A DNA stretch of 64,000 bases, from positions 832,001 through 896,000 of the forward strand of contig CAWGHO010000001.1 of assembly GCA_963822445.1 (NCBI GenBank), in the 5' to 3' direction. Position 1 is the first letter of the stretch; the number at the start of each line of letters is the position of its first letter. This stretch comes from an uncultured Acidobacteriota bacterium. Its GTDB lineage: Bacteria > Acidobacteriota > Thermoanaerobaculia > Gp7-AA8. The notes under the pieces are model-generated. The model had not been told where the DNA came from, searched no databases, and was given only the letters and a program-made list of their open reading frames with translations. Below, piece by piece: positions 30,266 to 40,139 of the stretch. A program made the position numbers and the translations under genes.

Positions 30266-32485
30266 ATGCACCCCATCAAACGTGTATCGCTCCTCGTGTG
30301 TCTCGTCTCGTCGCTCATCCCCGTTTCAGCGAGCGCGATGCAGCATCGTCTCGAAGGCCGCGCATTCGCCGCTCTCGAGCGCCCGCTCGCCGACAGAGCG
30401 AAATTGCGCATCGAGCGCGTTCCGCTCGCCGACGGCGAGCTGGCCACGCTGCAGATCGAGCGGTTCGAGGTCATGGCGCCGAACGGAAAAGTGGTCGTCT
30501 ACGACAGCGAGGGCAACGGCAAGGAAGTGACGCCCGTGCCGATGGCGTTCTTCCGCGGCTCCGTTGCCGGAGTGAAGAACTCGTTAGTCTTCCTCTCCAC
30601 GAACGGCCAGAACATCGAAGGATTCGTCTTCTCCGAGGAGCGGAAATTCATGCTTGCCTCGCGCAAGCCGATGCGCGGTGCGATGGGACGGGCCGTCGAG
30701 CGCGACATTCTCATCGACGAAATCCCGCCGCAGTTCGAGTTCGCCCAGGGCGAGGGCTACACCTGTGATTTCGAAGGAGAGCTGATCGCGCCGTCCCACG
30801 GCATGGTGCCGCAGTCGCTCTCGTCCGAACCGCGTGCCGAGGCGGCGCTCACGGGCACGCAGCAGACGGTGCTCAATCTCGCGATCGAAAGCGACTCCGC
30901 GCTCTACACGAACTTCGGCTCGAACGCGGTGAGTGTGGAAACGTTCATCCGCAACCTGATCGCGGCCGCGGCAACGATCTACCAGCGAGACCTCGACACC
31001 GATCTCGACATCGTCCACCTCGGCATCCGCACCACCACCGATCCCTGGGCGGTCAACCCGGGTACGACCGGAACGTGGAATGGCGCGTCGACCAGTCTCA
31101 CCACGCTCAATGCGCTCCTCGAGTACGGCGACTACTGGCACAACACGCCGCCGATCAGCCGCAGCAGCCGCTCGGCCGCGATGCTGCTCAGCGGTCAGAC
31201 TCAGACCTCAGGCATTGCCTGGACGGACAACGTCTGCTCGACCGAGTTCAACGCGTCGCAGTACAACGCCCCCGGCTACACGCATTACGGCGGACCGTAC
31301 GCGTACTGCGGCGGCATGGGCAGCAACGGCAACGTTCCGAACCCGGACGGCCTGCCGAACTACGGCGTCCCCGCCAGCAACTACTGGCCGCTCCTCCAGG
31401 TTGCTCACGAGCTCGGACACACCGTGCAGTCCTCGCACACGCACTGCATCGCCGTCAATCCAGCGACCTACGGCCGTTCCTTCGTCGACCATTGCGTCAC
31501 CGCCGGCGGCTGCTACGGCGGCGCAACCAGCATCCCCGCCGAAAAGGGGACGATCATGAGCTACTGCCACCTGTACGGCGGCACGAACTCACGCTTCACC
31601 TTCGGGCAGCCTGGCGAGGCCAGCGAACAGGTGATCTCGCTGATGCGCACCCGCCTCGATCAGAAAACACCCGTGCTTTCGACGATTACCGCGCCGACAT
31701 CCGTCGTCGCCGGCAACACCGGCGTAGCCTCGGTCAGCAACACCGGCCTGACTTACACCTGGTCGATCGTCAACGGCACATTCACCGGCGGCGTCACGAC
31801 CATCACCGGTCCGAGCGTCACCTTCACCGCGGCCGTCAATCCCGTCGTCCTGACCGTCATCGCCACGAACACGCTGGCCTGCTCGATCACCGACACCATC
31901 AATGTCGCCGTCACCTCTTCGCTCGCCGCACCGACCGGCTTGACCGCGACTGCGACCGGCTCGACGAGCGTCGGCCTGGCCTGGAACGCCGTCGGTACCG
32001 CAACCGGATACCAGATCTTCCGCAGCAGCAACGGAACGGGCGGCTTCGCGCAGATTGGAACGTCGGTCGGGAACAGCTACGACGACCCCACCGCGTCGGC
32101 GAACACCGCGTATCTCTACCGGGTCCGCGCGACGAACGCGTCCTCCACGTCGACTGACAGCAACTACGACCTCGCCACCACGGTCGTATTCACCGATCCA
32201 GTGCTCAGCACGGGTGTCAGCGTGAAGGCCGCACACATGGTTGAGTTGCGAACCGCGGTCAATGCCGTGCGATCCCTCGCCGGAATCGGCCCACCCAGCT
32301 TCACCGATCCCTTGGTGGTGCCAGGCCTCGGCACACGCGCGGTCCACGTGAATGAGCTCCGCACCTACCTCAGCGCAGCGCGTACGACGCTCGGCCTTCC
32401 GGCCCTGACCTTCACGGATACGCTGATCAACAATTTTCCGATGAAGGCCCTGCACGTGACCGAGATCCGGAACGGCACGCAGTAG
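30266..32485 (+). CDS. Secreted reprolysin-like (M12B) metalloprotease + FN3 + triple-HxxELR C-terminal domain
   Basis: Signal peptide, pro-region, HELGHTVQSSHTH, GTIMSYCH Met-turn, FN3. Confidence 0.85.
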   Translation: MHPIKRVSLLVCLVSSLIPVSASAMQHRLEGRAFAALERPLADRAKLRIERVPLADGELATLQIERFEVMAPNGKVVVYDSEGNGKEVTPVPMAFFRGSVAGVKNSLVFLSTNGQNIEGFVFSEERKFMLASRKPMRGAMGRAVERDILIDEIPPQFEFAQGEGYTCDFEGELIAPSHGMVPQSLSSEPRAEAALTGTQQTVLNLAIESDSALYTNFGSNAVSVETFIRNLIAAAATIYQRDLDTDLDIVHLGIRTTTDPWAVNPGTTGTWNGASTSLTTLNALLEYGDYWHNTPPISRSSRSAAMLLSGQTQTSGIAWTDNVCSTEFNASQYNAPGYTHYGGPYAYCGGMGSNGNVPNPDGLPNYGVPASNYWPLLQVAHELGHTVQSSHTHCIAVNPATYGRSFVDHCVTAGGCYGGATSIPAEKGTIMSYCHLYGGTNSRFTFGQPGEASEQVISLMRTRLDQKTPVLSTITAPTSVVAGNTGVASVSNTGLTYTWSIVNGTFTGGVTTITGPSVTFTAAVNPVVLTVIATNTLACSITDTINVAVTSSLAAPTGLTATATGSTSVGLAWNAVGTATGYQIFRSSNGTGGFAQIGTSVGNSYDDPTASANTAYLYRVRATNASSTSTDSNYDLATTVVFTDPVLSTGVSVKAAHMVELRTAVNAVRSLAGIGPPSFTDPLVVPGLGTRAVHVNELRTYLSAARTTLGLPALTFTDTLINNFPMKALHVTEIRNGTQ

Positions 32486-32488
32486 CGG

Positions 32489-33361
32489 CTAATCGTCGGC
32501 CGCGATCGACAACAGATACTTGCCGTACGTGCTGTTCCGCAGCGTCGCGGCCATCTCGCGCACCTTCGCCGCGTCGATCGCGCCCATGTAGTACGCGACT
32601 TCCTCGGGGCAGGCGATCTTCAGGCCCTGACGCAGCTCGACGGTCTCCACGAAGTTCGACGCCGCGAGAAGCGATTCCTGCGTGCCCGTGTCGAACCAGG
32701 CGTAGCCGCGACCCAGTTGCTCGACGTGCAGGTCGCCGCGCTCGAGATAGACGCGGTTCACGTCGGTGATCTCGAGCTCTCCCCGCTTGGACGGCTTGAG
32801 GTTCGCGCAGGTGTCCACGACGTTCCGATCGTAAAAGTACAGGCCCGTCACGGCGAGATTCGACTTCGCCTTCTGCGGCTTTTCCTCGATGGAGATGGCC
32901 CGCGCCTTCTCGTCGATCTCGACGACGCCGTAACGCTCGGGATCGGGAACGCGATACGCGAAGACCGTGGCCCCCTTCGTTCGCTTCGCCGCGCGCTGCA
33001 GCGCCTCGGTCAGGCCATGGCCGTAGAAAATGTTGTCGCCGAGAATCAGGCAGCTCGGATCGTCCCCGACGAAGTCACGGCCGACGATGAACGCATCCGC
33101 GAGGCCGCGCGGCTTGTCTTGCTGGGCGTAGTCAATGCGAATGCCCCACTGGCTGCCGTTGCCGAGCAGCTTGCGGAAGAGCTCCTGGTCCTGGGGAGTG
33201 GTGATGATCAGAAAATCGCGGACGCCCGCCAGCATCAGCGTCGTCAGCGGGTAATAGATCATCGGCTTGTCGTACACCGGCAGGAGCTGCTTGGAGACGA
33301 CAGAGGTGATCGGGTAGAGACGGGTGCCGGAGCCGCCGGCGAGAATGATTCCCTTGCGCAT
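32489..33361 (-). CDS. rfbA: Glucose-1-phosphate thymidylyltransferase
   Basis: [44 protein letters not shown]. Confidence 0.97.
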   Translation of the reverse strand: MRKGIILAGGSGTRLYPITSVVSKQLLPVYDKPMIYYPLTTLMLAGVRDFLIITTPQDQELFRKLLGNGSQWGIRIDYAQQDKPRGLADAFIVGRDFVGDDPSCLILGDNIFYGHGLTEALQRAAKRTKGATVFAYRVPDPERYGVVEIDEKARAISIEEKPQKAKSNLAVTGLYFYDRNVVDTCANLKPSKRGELEITDVNRVYLERGDLHVEQLGRGYAWFDTGTQESLLAASNFVETVELRQGLKIACPEEVAYYMGAIDAAKVREMAATLRNSTYGKYLLSIAADD

Positions 33362-33373
33362 CGGGCGCGGATT

Positions 33374-34306
33374 CTACCTTTGGCGGGCGCGAAACCACTC
33401 CAGAGTCGAGGCCAGCCCTTCCCGGATCCCGACCGGCTCGCTCAAACCGGCGATCCTGCGCAGGGCCGAGCCGTCGAGAACGCTCCGCAGCTGCTCCCCC
33501 GCCTTCGCATCGGCATGCCTGGCCGGACGCTCGTCGCCGAGGATCGAGGCCATGGCCTCGTGGAGCTGGTTCACTGAAGTCTCGATCCCCGTTCCCACGT
33601 TGTAGGGTCCGCGCAGGTCGTCGCGCTCAGCGACGGCAACGTTCGCGGCCGCGACGTCGCTGACGTACACGAAATCGCGGGTCTGTTCTCCGCTGCCGTT
33701 GATCGTCACTTCCTGGCCGCGCAGGATGCGGTCGGCGAAAATCGCCACGACTCCCGCCTCCCCGTGCGGACTCTGTCGCGGGCCGTACACATTCGCGTAC
33801 CGCAGCGCCGTCGCGGCGAGGCCGTGAACCTCGCGGAAGTAGTGCATGTAATGCTCGACCGAAAGCTTCGCGCAGCCGTACGGCGACAGCGGTCCCACTG
33901 GATGGGATTCGTCCTGCGGCGCGACGATCGGCTCGCCATAGATCGCCCCACCGGTCGACGCAAAGAGAAAGCGCTTTACGCCGACTTCCACGCATTTCTG
34001 AAGAAGCCGCACCGAGGCGACGACATTCGTTTCGGCGTCGGCACCCGGGTCGCGAACGGAGACGCGCACATCGATCTGCGCCGCCTGATGCGCGACGACG
34101 TCCGGCCGAAGCTCGTCGAGCAGCTTCAGCGTCTCCGGATTGAGCAGGTCCGCTTCGTAGAGCTTCGCCTCCCGGGGCACGTTGCGCCGGTCGCCGGTCG
34201 AAAGGTTGTCGACGATGCTCACCCGCCAGCCGCGGCTGACGAATGCCTCGGCGAGGTGCGAGCCGATGAAGCCCGCGCCGCCGGTGATGAGGATGTGTCG
34301 AGTCAT
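33374..34306 (-). CDS. NAD-dependent epimerase (UDP-glucose 4-epimerase-like)
   Basis: ITGGAGFIGSH, AAQIDVR, SPYGCAK, NVYGPRQ. Confidence 0.9.
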   Translation of the reverse strand: MTRHILITGGAGFIGSHLAEAFVSRGWRVSIVDNLSTGDRRNVPREAKLYEADLLNPETLKLLDELRPDVVAHQAAQIDVRVSVRDPGADAETNVVASVRLLQKCVEVGVKRFLFASTGGAIYGEPIVAPQDESHPVGPLSPYGCAKLSVEHYMHYFREVHGLAATALRYANVYGPRQSPHGEAGVVAIFADRILRGQEVTINGSGEQTRDFVYVSDVAAANVAVAERDDLRGPYNVGTGIETSVNQLHEAMASILGDERPARHADAKAGEQLRSVLDGSALRRIAGLSEPVGIREGLASTLEWFRARQR

Positions 34307-35004
34307 GTCGCGCGGATTCTCTCCGCTTTGCCGAATAAGCGAAAGCTCGCCGCGATCAGCGCCCCGAAAACGAAGCCTCCGACGTGCGCCCACCAGGCGA
34401 TCCCGGCCACTTCCTGGGTCCCCCGAGCCGACTGCAGCGACAGAAAGCCGTTGAAGAACTGCATGCCCAGCCACACCGGCAGGAACAGCGCCGCCGGAAT
34501 CTCGGCCATGGCCCAGTAAACGACGAGAGGAAAGAGGGTGACGATGCGCGCGCTCCAGCGAAGCACGAGGAACGCGCCGAGGAGGCCGGCGATGCTCCCC
34601 GACGCTCCGATCGACGGAATCGTGGAGCCTGGAAACAGCACGGTGTGCGTCAGGCTGCCCATCGCTCCGCAGGCGAGATAGAGGATCAGGAAACGGGAAC
34701 GGCCCAGCGCATCCTCGATCGCACCGCCGAAGACCCAGAGGTAGATCAGATTGCCGATCAGATGAACGAAGCCACCATGCAGAAAGAGCGACGTAACCAG
34801 CGTGATCGCCACTTCCCACGATGCGTACTCATACGCGGACGGATTGACGAAACGCGCGGGGATGAAGCCAAAGGTGTGGATGACGCGCTCGGTCATCGGT
34901 CCCATCCCCAGCTGAGCGATGAACGCGATCACGTTCGCCGCGACGAGCGTGCGATTCACGATCGGCGTCGCGTGAGGAGGAAGCGTCGTTCGAAGCGGTA
35001 TCAA
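34303..35004 (-). CDS. Rhomboid family intramembrane serine protease
   Basis: FLHGG..H..GN, GASG, AHVGG. Confidence 0.92.
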   Translation of the reverse strand: MIPLRTTLPPHATPIVNRTLVAANVIAFIAQLGMGPMTERVIHTFGFIPARFVNPSAYEYASWEVAITLVTSLFLHGGFVHLIGNLIYLWVFGGAIEDALGRSRFLILYLACGAMGSLTHTVLFPGSTIPSIGASGSIAGLLGAFLVLRWSARIVTLFPLVVYWAMAEIPAALFLPVWLGMQFFNGFLSLQSARGTQEVAGIAWWAHVGGFVFGALIAASFRLFGKAERIRAT

Positions 35005-35005
35005 C

Positions 35006-36131
35006 TCAGCTCAGTGCTTTGCGAATCTCACGCACAACCTCGGCGATCTGCCCTTCGCGAAGCTCCGGGAACACCGGGATGGCCAGGGTCTGCTCCGCGG
35101 CCGCCTCGGATTGCGGATAGCTCTCTTTCGCGCCGGGGAGATCCGCGAAGCACGGCTGCTGCGGAAGCGTGAGCGGGTAATAGACCTCGCATCCGATCGC
35201 GGCCGCTTTCAGATGATCCATCACGCCGTCGCGCACCTTCCGCCCTTCGGGGAACCGGACGATGTACTGGTTGTAAATGTGCCGCCGACCCGGAAGCTCT
35301 TCCGGCAGCACGATGCGGTCGCCGAGGTTCGCAGCAGAAAATTCGCGTCGATAAATGTCCGCGTTGCGACGACGTCCTTCATGCCATGCCTCGAGATGCG
35401 GCAGCTTGATGTGAAGCATCGCCGCCTGCAGCGCGTCGATCCGGAAATTGCCGCCGACGTAATGGTGAAAGTACTTCGGACGCATGCCGTGGACGCGGAA
35501 GTCGATCAATCGCTTGCGCCAGTTCGTCGTCGTTCGCCGTGATTGCGCCGGCGTCGCCGAATGCGCCGAGGTTCTTGGATGGGAAGAAGGAGAAACAGCC
35601 CATCACGCCGATCGATCCAGCCCGTTTGCCTTCGTACTCCGAGCCGACCGCCTGCGCCGCGTCCTCGATGACCGCCAGGCCGCGCTTTCCGGCGATGGCC
35701 ATGATCTCGTTCATCGGCGCGCACTGTCCGAACAGGTGCACCGGCATGATCGCCTTCGTCGCCGGCGTGATGCGCTCTTCGATCAGCTTCGGATCGATGT
35801 TGTAGTCGCGCAGATCGATGTCGACGAACACCGGCCGCGCGCCGACCCTGGCGACGGTTCCGGCAGTGGCGAAGAACGAATACGCCGGCATGATCACTTC
35901 GTCGCCCTGGCCGATGCCGAGCACCATCAGCGCTTCGAGCAGGGCATCGGTTCCGGACGAGACGGCGATCGCGTATTTGGTCTGGCAGTACGTGGCGAAG
36001 TCGCGCTCGAAATCATCGACGCGCTTGCCGAGGATGAACATCTGGGATTCGTAGATCTCGGCAGTCACCCGAAGGGCTTCGTCTTTGATCGAGGCGTACT
36101 GCAGCTTGAGGTCGAGTAGCGGTATGGCCAT
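35006..36131 (-). CDS. DegT/DnrJ/EryC1/StrS aminotransferase; frameshift near 35510
   Basis: SSGTDAL, IEDAAQ, FSFFPSKNLGAFGDAG; C-terminal half (RVHG...NFRIDALQAA) in another frame. Confidence 0.85.
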
Positions 36132-36241
36132 AGCGCGGCGCAGTGTAACCCGCTAGACGAAATCGGCAAGTGACCCGTAATTACAGGCAACTCACCCGGC
36201 GCGAATCTAGACGCGCCGACCAAAACCAGACGGAGAAATCA

Positions 36242-37318
36242 ATGAAATCGAAGGTAGTTCTCACCATCGCGGCCATCGGCCTGTTCACATTCGCGGCGAA
36301 TGCCGCGGAGATCATCATCCCCGCCGCCGGCACGGGCGCCGGCGCCAACGCCAGCCACTGGCAGAGCGACGTGCTGCTGCACAACGTCGCTCCGCGGGCC
36401 ATCGACCTGACCATGACCCTCCACGTGGGCACGAACGTCTACGGTCCTGTTGCTGTCTCGATCCCGGCGAAGAACACCCGCCAGATCACGGACGTGGTCA
36501 AGACGCTGTTCGACGTGCAGAGCGGCACTGGCGCGCTCGTGCTGCACCTCACCGACCGCGACATGAAGTACCTCGCCGTCAACTCCCGCGCCTACAACAA
36601 GCTGGGCAGCGTGGAGTACGGCCAGGACATTCCGGCCGTCCGCGCGGAAGACGCGGCAGCCGCGGGCTCGATCGCGGTCATGACCAATCCCGCGACAGCC
36701 ATCACCGATCGCTTCAACTTCGGCATCTTCGCCGTCGATACAGCAACGGTGGTCTGGGATCTCGTTCGCGCTGACGGCACGCTCGCCGCGTCGCGCGAAG
36801 TAACCTACTCCGAAGGGCAGCACGAGCAGTACAACGGCGGCATCTTCTCCCTTCTCGGCGCAACCGAAGCGAAAAGCGGCGACACCGTCTACGCGCGCAT
36901 CGAGAGCGGCAAGGCCGTCGTGTACGGCAGCTCGATCAACGACAGCGGCGACCCGACCTTCGTTCCGAGCACGGTGGCCACCGAGGAGATCCTTCTGAGC
37001 TTCGGTGTCGACCTCGATGAGAACGGCACCATCGACATCAGCGACGCGGACAACGACGGCGTCCTCGATCAGTCGATCGAAGTCATCACCTCGCTCTACC
37101 CGGCCTACTTCCGCGTGGTCGTGGAGAACGAGTTCGGCGAGCCGGTGACGCTCGAAGTGGTCGAATCGCAAGCCACGGCAACCTTCCGCGACGCCAACGG
37201 CACGATGAGCGTCGCCGCGTTCGGCAACGTCAAGAACACCACCGGCAGCATCGTGCTGAAGGCGACATCGGCGAACGGCGCGACGACCCTCCTGACGATT
37301 CCGGTGCGCTTCAGGTAA
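36242..37318 (+). CDS. Secreted hypothetical beta-rich protein with EF-hand-like acidic loops
   Basis: GGAG RBS, signal peptide (ANA|A), [30 protein letters not shown]. Confidence 0.7.
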   Translation: MKSKVVLTIAAIGLFTFAANAAEIIIPAAGTGAGANASHWQSDVLLHNVAPRAIDLTMTLHVGTNVYGPVAVSIPAKNTRQITDVVKTLFDVQSGTGALVLHLTDRDMKYLAVNSRAYNKLGSVEYGQDIPAVRAEDAAAAGSIAVMTNPATAITDRFNFGIFAVDTATVVWDLVRADGTLAASREVTYSEGQHEQYNGGIFSLLGATEAKSGDTVYARIESGKAVVYGSSINDSGDPTFVPSTVATEEILLSFGVDLDENGTIDISDADNDGVLDQSIEVITSLYPAYFRVVVENEFGEPVTLEVVESQATATFRDANGTMSVAAFGNVKNTTGSIVLKATSANGATTLLTIPVRFR

Positions 37319-38501
37319 AGGTCACTTTGGCGAAGCGACGCTTGCCAACTTTCAAGAGGTAGCTTTTCCCGGAGGTCGAGTCGATTGCGTAACGCGTCGA
37401 CTCGACCTTCACGTCGTCTACAAGCACTCCCCCCTGAGCGATGAGGCGCTGCGCGTCCTTGTTGCTCTCCGCCAGTCCTGCCGCGGTGATGATCTTCGCC
37501 AGCAGCTGCGGCTCGGCGCTCGCCGGCAGCGATGTTTCCTCGATGTCGGTCGGAACCTGCCGCTCGCTGAACACGCGCCTGAACTCGGCCTCCGCCTCCT
37601 CGGCGCGCTCGGCGTCGTGAAAGTCGCGGATGATCGACTTTGCCAGCGCCCGCTTCGCGTCCATCGGATGCGAACCCGACTTCACCTCGGCGATCTGGTC
37701 CGGCGTCAGATCGGTGCAGAGCATGTAGTACTTCCACATCAGATCGTCGGAGATGGACATGATCTTGCCGAAGATCTGCGACGGTTCTTCGTCGATGCCG
37801 ATGTAGTTGCCGAGGGACTTGGACATTTTCTCGACGCCGTCGAGGCCTTCGAGGAGCGGCATGGTCAGCACGACCTGCGGCTCGAGCCCGTACTCGCGCA
37901 TCAGATCGCGGCCGACGAGCAGGTTGAAGAGCTGATCGGTGCCACCCATCTCGACATCGCATTTCAGTGCGACGGAGTCGTAGCCCTGCGCGAGCGGGTA
38001 CAGCAGCTCGTGAATGGCGATCGGCTGATGAGCTTCGAAGCGTTTGCGGAAATCGTCGCGCTCGAGGATCCGCGCCAGTGTGTACTTCGCCGCGAGCTTG
38101 ATCATCCCGTCGGAGCCGAGCGCGCCGAGCCATTCGCGATTGAAACGGATCTCGGTCTTCTCCGGATCGAGGATCTTGAAGACCTGCTTCTTGTACGTCT
38201 CGGCGTTGGCCTCGATCTCTTCGCGCGTCAGCGCCGGCCGCGTCGACTTCTTCCCCGTCGGATCGCCGATCATCCCGGTGAAGTCGCCGATGAGAAAGAT
38301 GACCCGGTGGCCGAGCTGCTGGAAGTGCTTCATCTTCCTGATCACGACGGTGTGGCCGAGGTGGATGTCCGGCGCGGTCGGATCGAAGCCGACTTTGATC
38401 GTGAGCGGCTTCCCCCGCGCGATCTTCGCCTTCAGGTCGGCCTTCTCGATGAGATCGACCGTGCCTTTGGCGAGAAAACTCAGTTGTTCGTCGAGTGTCA
38501 T
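37311..38501 (-). CDS. tyrS: Tyrosine--tRNA ligase
   Basis: [24 protein letters not shown]-terminal S4 domain. Confidence 0.97.
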   Translation of the reverse strand: MTLDEQLSFLAKGTVDLIEKADLKAKIARGKPLTIKVGFDPTAPDIHLGHTVVIRKMKHFQQLGHRVIFLIGDFTGMIGDPTGKKSTRPALTREEIEANAETYKKQVFKILDPEKTEIRFNREWLGALGSDGMIKLAAKYTLARILERDDFRKRFEAHQPIAIHELLYPLAQGYDSVALKCDVEMGGTDQLFNLLVGRDLMREYGLEPQVVLTMPLLEGLDGVEKMSKSLGNYIGIDEEPSQIFGKIMSISDDLMWKYYMLCTDLTPDQIAEVKSGSHPMDAKRALAKSIIRDFHDAERAEEAEAEFRRVFSERQVPTDIEETSLPASAEPQLLAKIITAAGLAESNKDAQRLIAQGGVLVDDVKVESTRYAIDSTSGKSYLLKVGKRRFAKVTFT

Positions 38502-38522
38502 AAGAGACGGGGATTGTAGTTT

Positions 38523-38668
38523 GGGTTGCGGGGTTACGAGGTTGCGGGGTTACGAGGTTGCGGGGTTACGGGGTGGTTGTCGGGTTGTCGAGTTGTCGGG
38601 TTGTCAGGTGTGCTCGAAGCCTGACAACCCGACAACCGGACAACCTGACAACCCCGTAACCCCGCAAC
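38523..38668. repeat. Composite octamer tandem array arranged as a long imperfect inverted repeat
   Basis: 6x RGGTTRCG plus 4x GTTGTC-core units, 11-nt loop, then reverse-complement copies (4x GACAACC, CGTAACC, CGCAAC). Confidence 0.85.
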
Positions 38669-38674
38669 GACATC

Positions 38675-38683
38675 TGCTACACT
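38675..38683 (+). promoter_or_regulatory. Extended -10 promoter of the his leader
   Basis: TG-C-TACACT 11 nt upstream of the leader ATG. Confidence 0.55.
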
Positions 38684-38694
38684 CCCCCACCAAC

Positions 38695-38742
38695 ATGTCC
38701 GCGCGCATCCATCGGCACCACCACCATCACCACGATCGGTAG
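38695..38742 (+). CDS. hisL: his operon leader peptide MSARIHRHHHHHHDR
   Basis: 15 aa, 7 His codons (6 consecutive), directly upstream of a terminator and hisZ. Confidence 0.9.
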   Translation: MSARIHRHHHHHHDR

Positions 38743-38808
38743 GGGTGCATCCATCTGTGCCCCGCCGCAAGGAAGGGGCGCACGATGATTCAGCGCGTTT
38801 GAGTCGAG

Positions 38809-38841
38809 AGCCTCTTCCTCAGCAGCGGGGAGGAGGTTTTT
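38809..38841 (+). terminator. his attenuator terminator that also sequesters the hisZ SD
   Basis: AGCCTCTTCCTC-AGCAGC-GGGGAGGAGGTT plus T-run; 38770-38779 (AGGAAGGGGC) can pair with the 5' arm as antiterminator. Confidence 0.8.
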
Positions 38842-38847
38842 GACTTT

Positions 38848-39496
38848 ATGGCGTTCCGGTATCCAACAGGGGCACGAGCGCTGCTGATCGAAGAGACGGC
38901 CCGGCGCAGGCGCATCGAATCGCGCTTCGTGGCCGTGCTCGAAGACGCCGGCTTCGCCGAAGTCGTCCTGCCCATCATCGATTTCGCCGAGCCGTACGCG
39001 TCGATCACCGACCGCGACGCGGCGCGTAACAGCTATCGCTTCGTCGATCGCGAAGGCGAGCTCGTTTCCATCCGCTCCGATTTCACGCCGATGGTCGCGC
39101 GAGCACTCGCCCCTTCGATCGCTTCCGGCGATCTTCCCCTGCGCGTCTTCTACCGCGGCGACGTCATCCGCTGCGAGCCCTCCCGCCTCGGCGCGAACCG
39201 CGAGCTGTTCCAGATCGGCGCTGAGCTGATCGGCGACGGGTCGCCGGAGGCTGACCAGGAGATGCTGCGGCTCGTTTCCGCGATCGCTTCCGGAGCTCGT
39301 CCGCCGATCCCAAGGTCGTCGCACGAGCTTCGACGAGGCCGCCGGCTACTACACCGGCCTGCGCTTCTGGGTCTACGGCGCGGACCGCCGCACCCTGCTC
39401 GCCCGCGGCGGCCGCTACGACACGCTGTACGGCCGGTTCGGTGCGAGCGCCCCGGCCATCGGCTTCACCTTCACCGTCGACGAGTTGGAGGACTGA
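38848..39496 (+). CDS. hisZ: ATP phosphoribosyltransferase regulatory subunit (short; frameshift near 39300)
   Basis: YRFVDREGE..IRSDFT, RELFQIGAELIG; second frame GYYTGLRF...GGRYD...PAIGF. Confidence 0.8.
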
Positions 39497-40139
39497 TGCG
39501 CATCGCCATTCCCAAAGGCCGTCTCCAGGATCGCGTGCTCGCAACGTTCGCCGCCGCCGGCTACGACGTGCCATCGGACGCCGATCTGCGCACGCCGAAG
39601 GCTCGTCTTCATCCGCGGCGGCATCGAGTGGATGTTCGTGAAGGACTGCGACGTCCCGGTCTACGTCGAGCACGGTGCCGCCGATGCGGGCATCGCCGGC
39701 CTCGATCAGATTCTCGAGCACGACTGCAGCGCATATGCAGGCCGTGGAACTGCCGTACGGCCGCTGCCGCATGATGATCATCGGCGCGCCAGGCGCGCCC
39801 CGCCTGTCGCGCGAGCGGACGTCGAGAATCGCCACGAAGTATCCGCGCGTCGCGCGGCAGTACCTCGACTCCCATGCCTTCCGCGGCGAGATCGTCTCCC
39901 TCGGCGGCTCGGTCGAGCTGGCGGCCGTGCTCAACCTCACCTCGCACGTCATCGATCTCGTCGAGACCGGCGAGACCGTCCGCGTGCACCGGCTCGAGCT
40001 GCAGGACCTGGTCGCGGAGATCACGCCGCGGCTGATCGTCGCCCGCAACGTCTACCGAACCAACAGCAAACAACTGCGCGAGCTGATCGCGCGAATCGAG
40101 GATGCGAATGACACCGACTTACAGAATTGCGTCGCCTGA
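39496..40139 (+). CDS. hisG: ATP phosphoribosyltransferase, short form (frameshifts near 39597 and 39735)
   Basis: MRIAIPKGRL, DVPVYVEHGAADAGIAG.D, IATKYP, GSVELA, DLVETG. Confidence 0.88.

Noticed and set aside
35500-35525. Split DegT aminotransferase
   Set aside because: Removing one base restores a continuous reading (LAKRLIDFRVHG); probable error
38523-38668. Possible CRISPR array or T-box upstream of tyrS
   Set aside because: Units are 8 nt with no unique spacers and no cas genes; no T-box motif, and the tyrS -10 lies just 11 nt from its start
39290-39740. hisZ/hisG as pseudogenes
   Set aside because: The rest of the operon and the attenuator are intact, and the indels are clustered, so sequencing error is more likely
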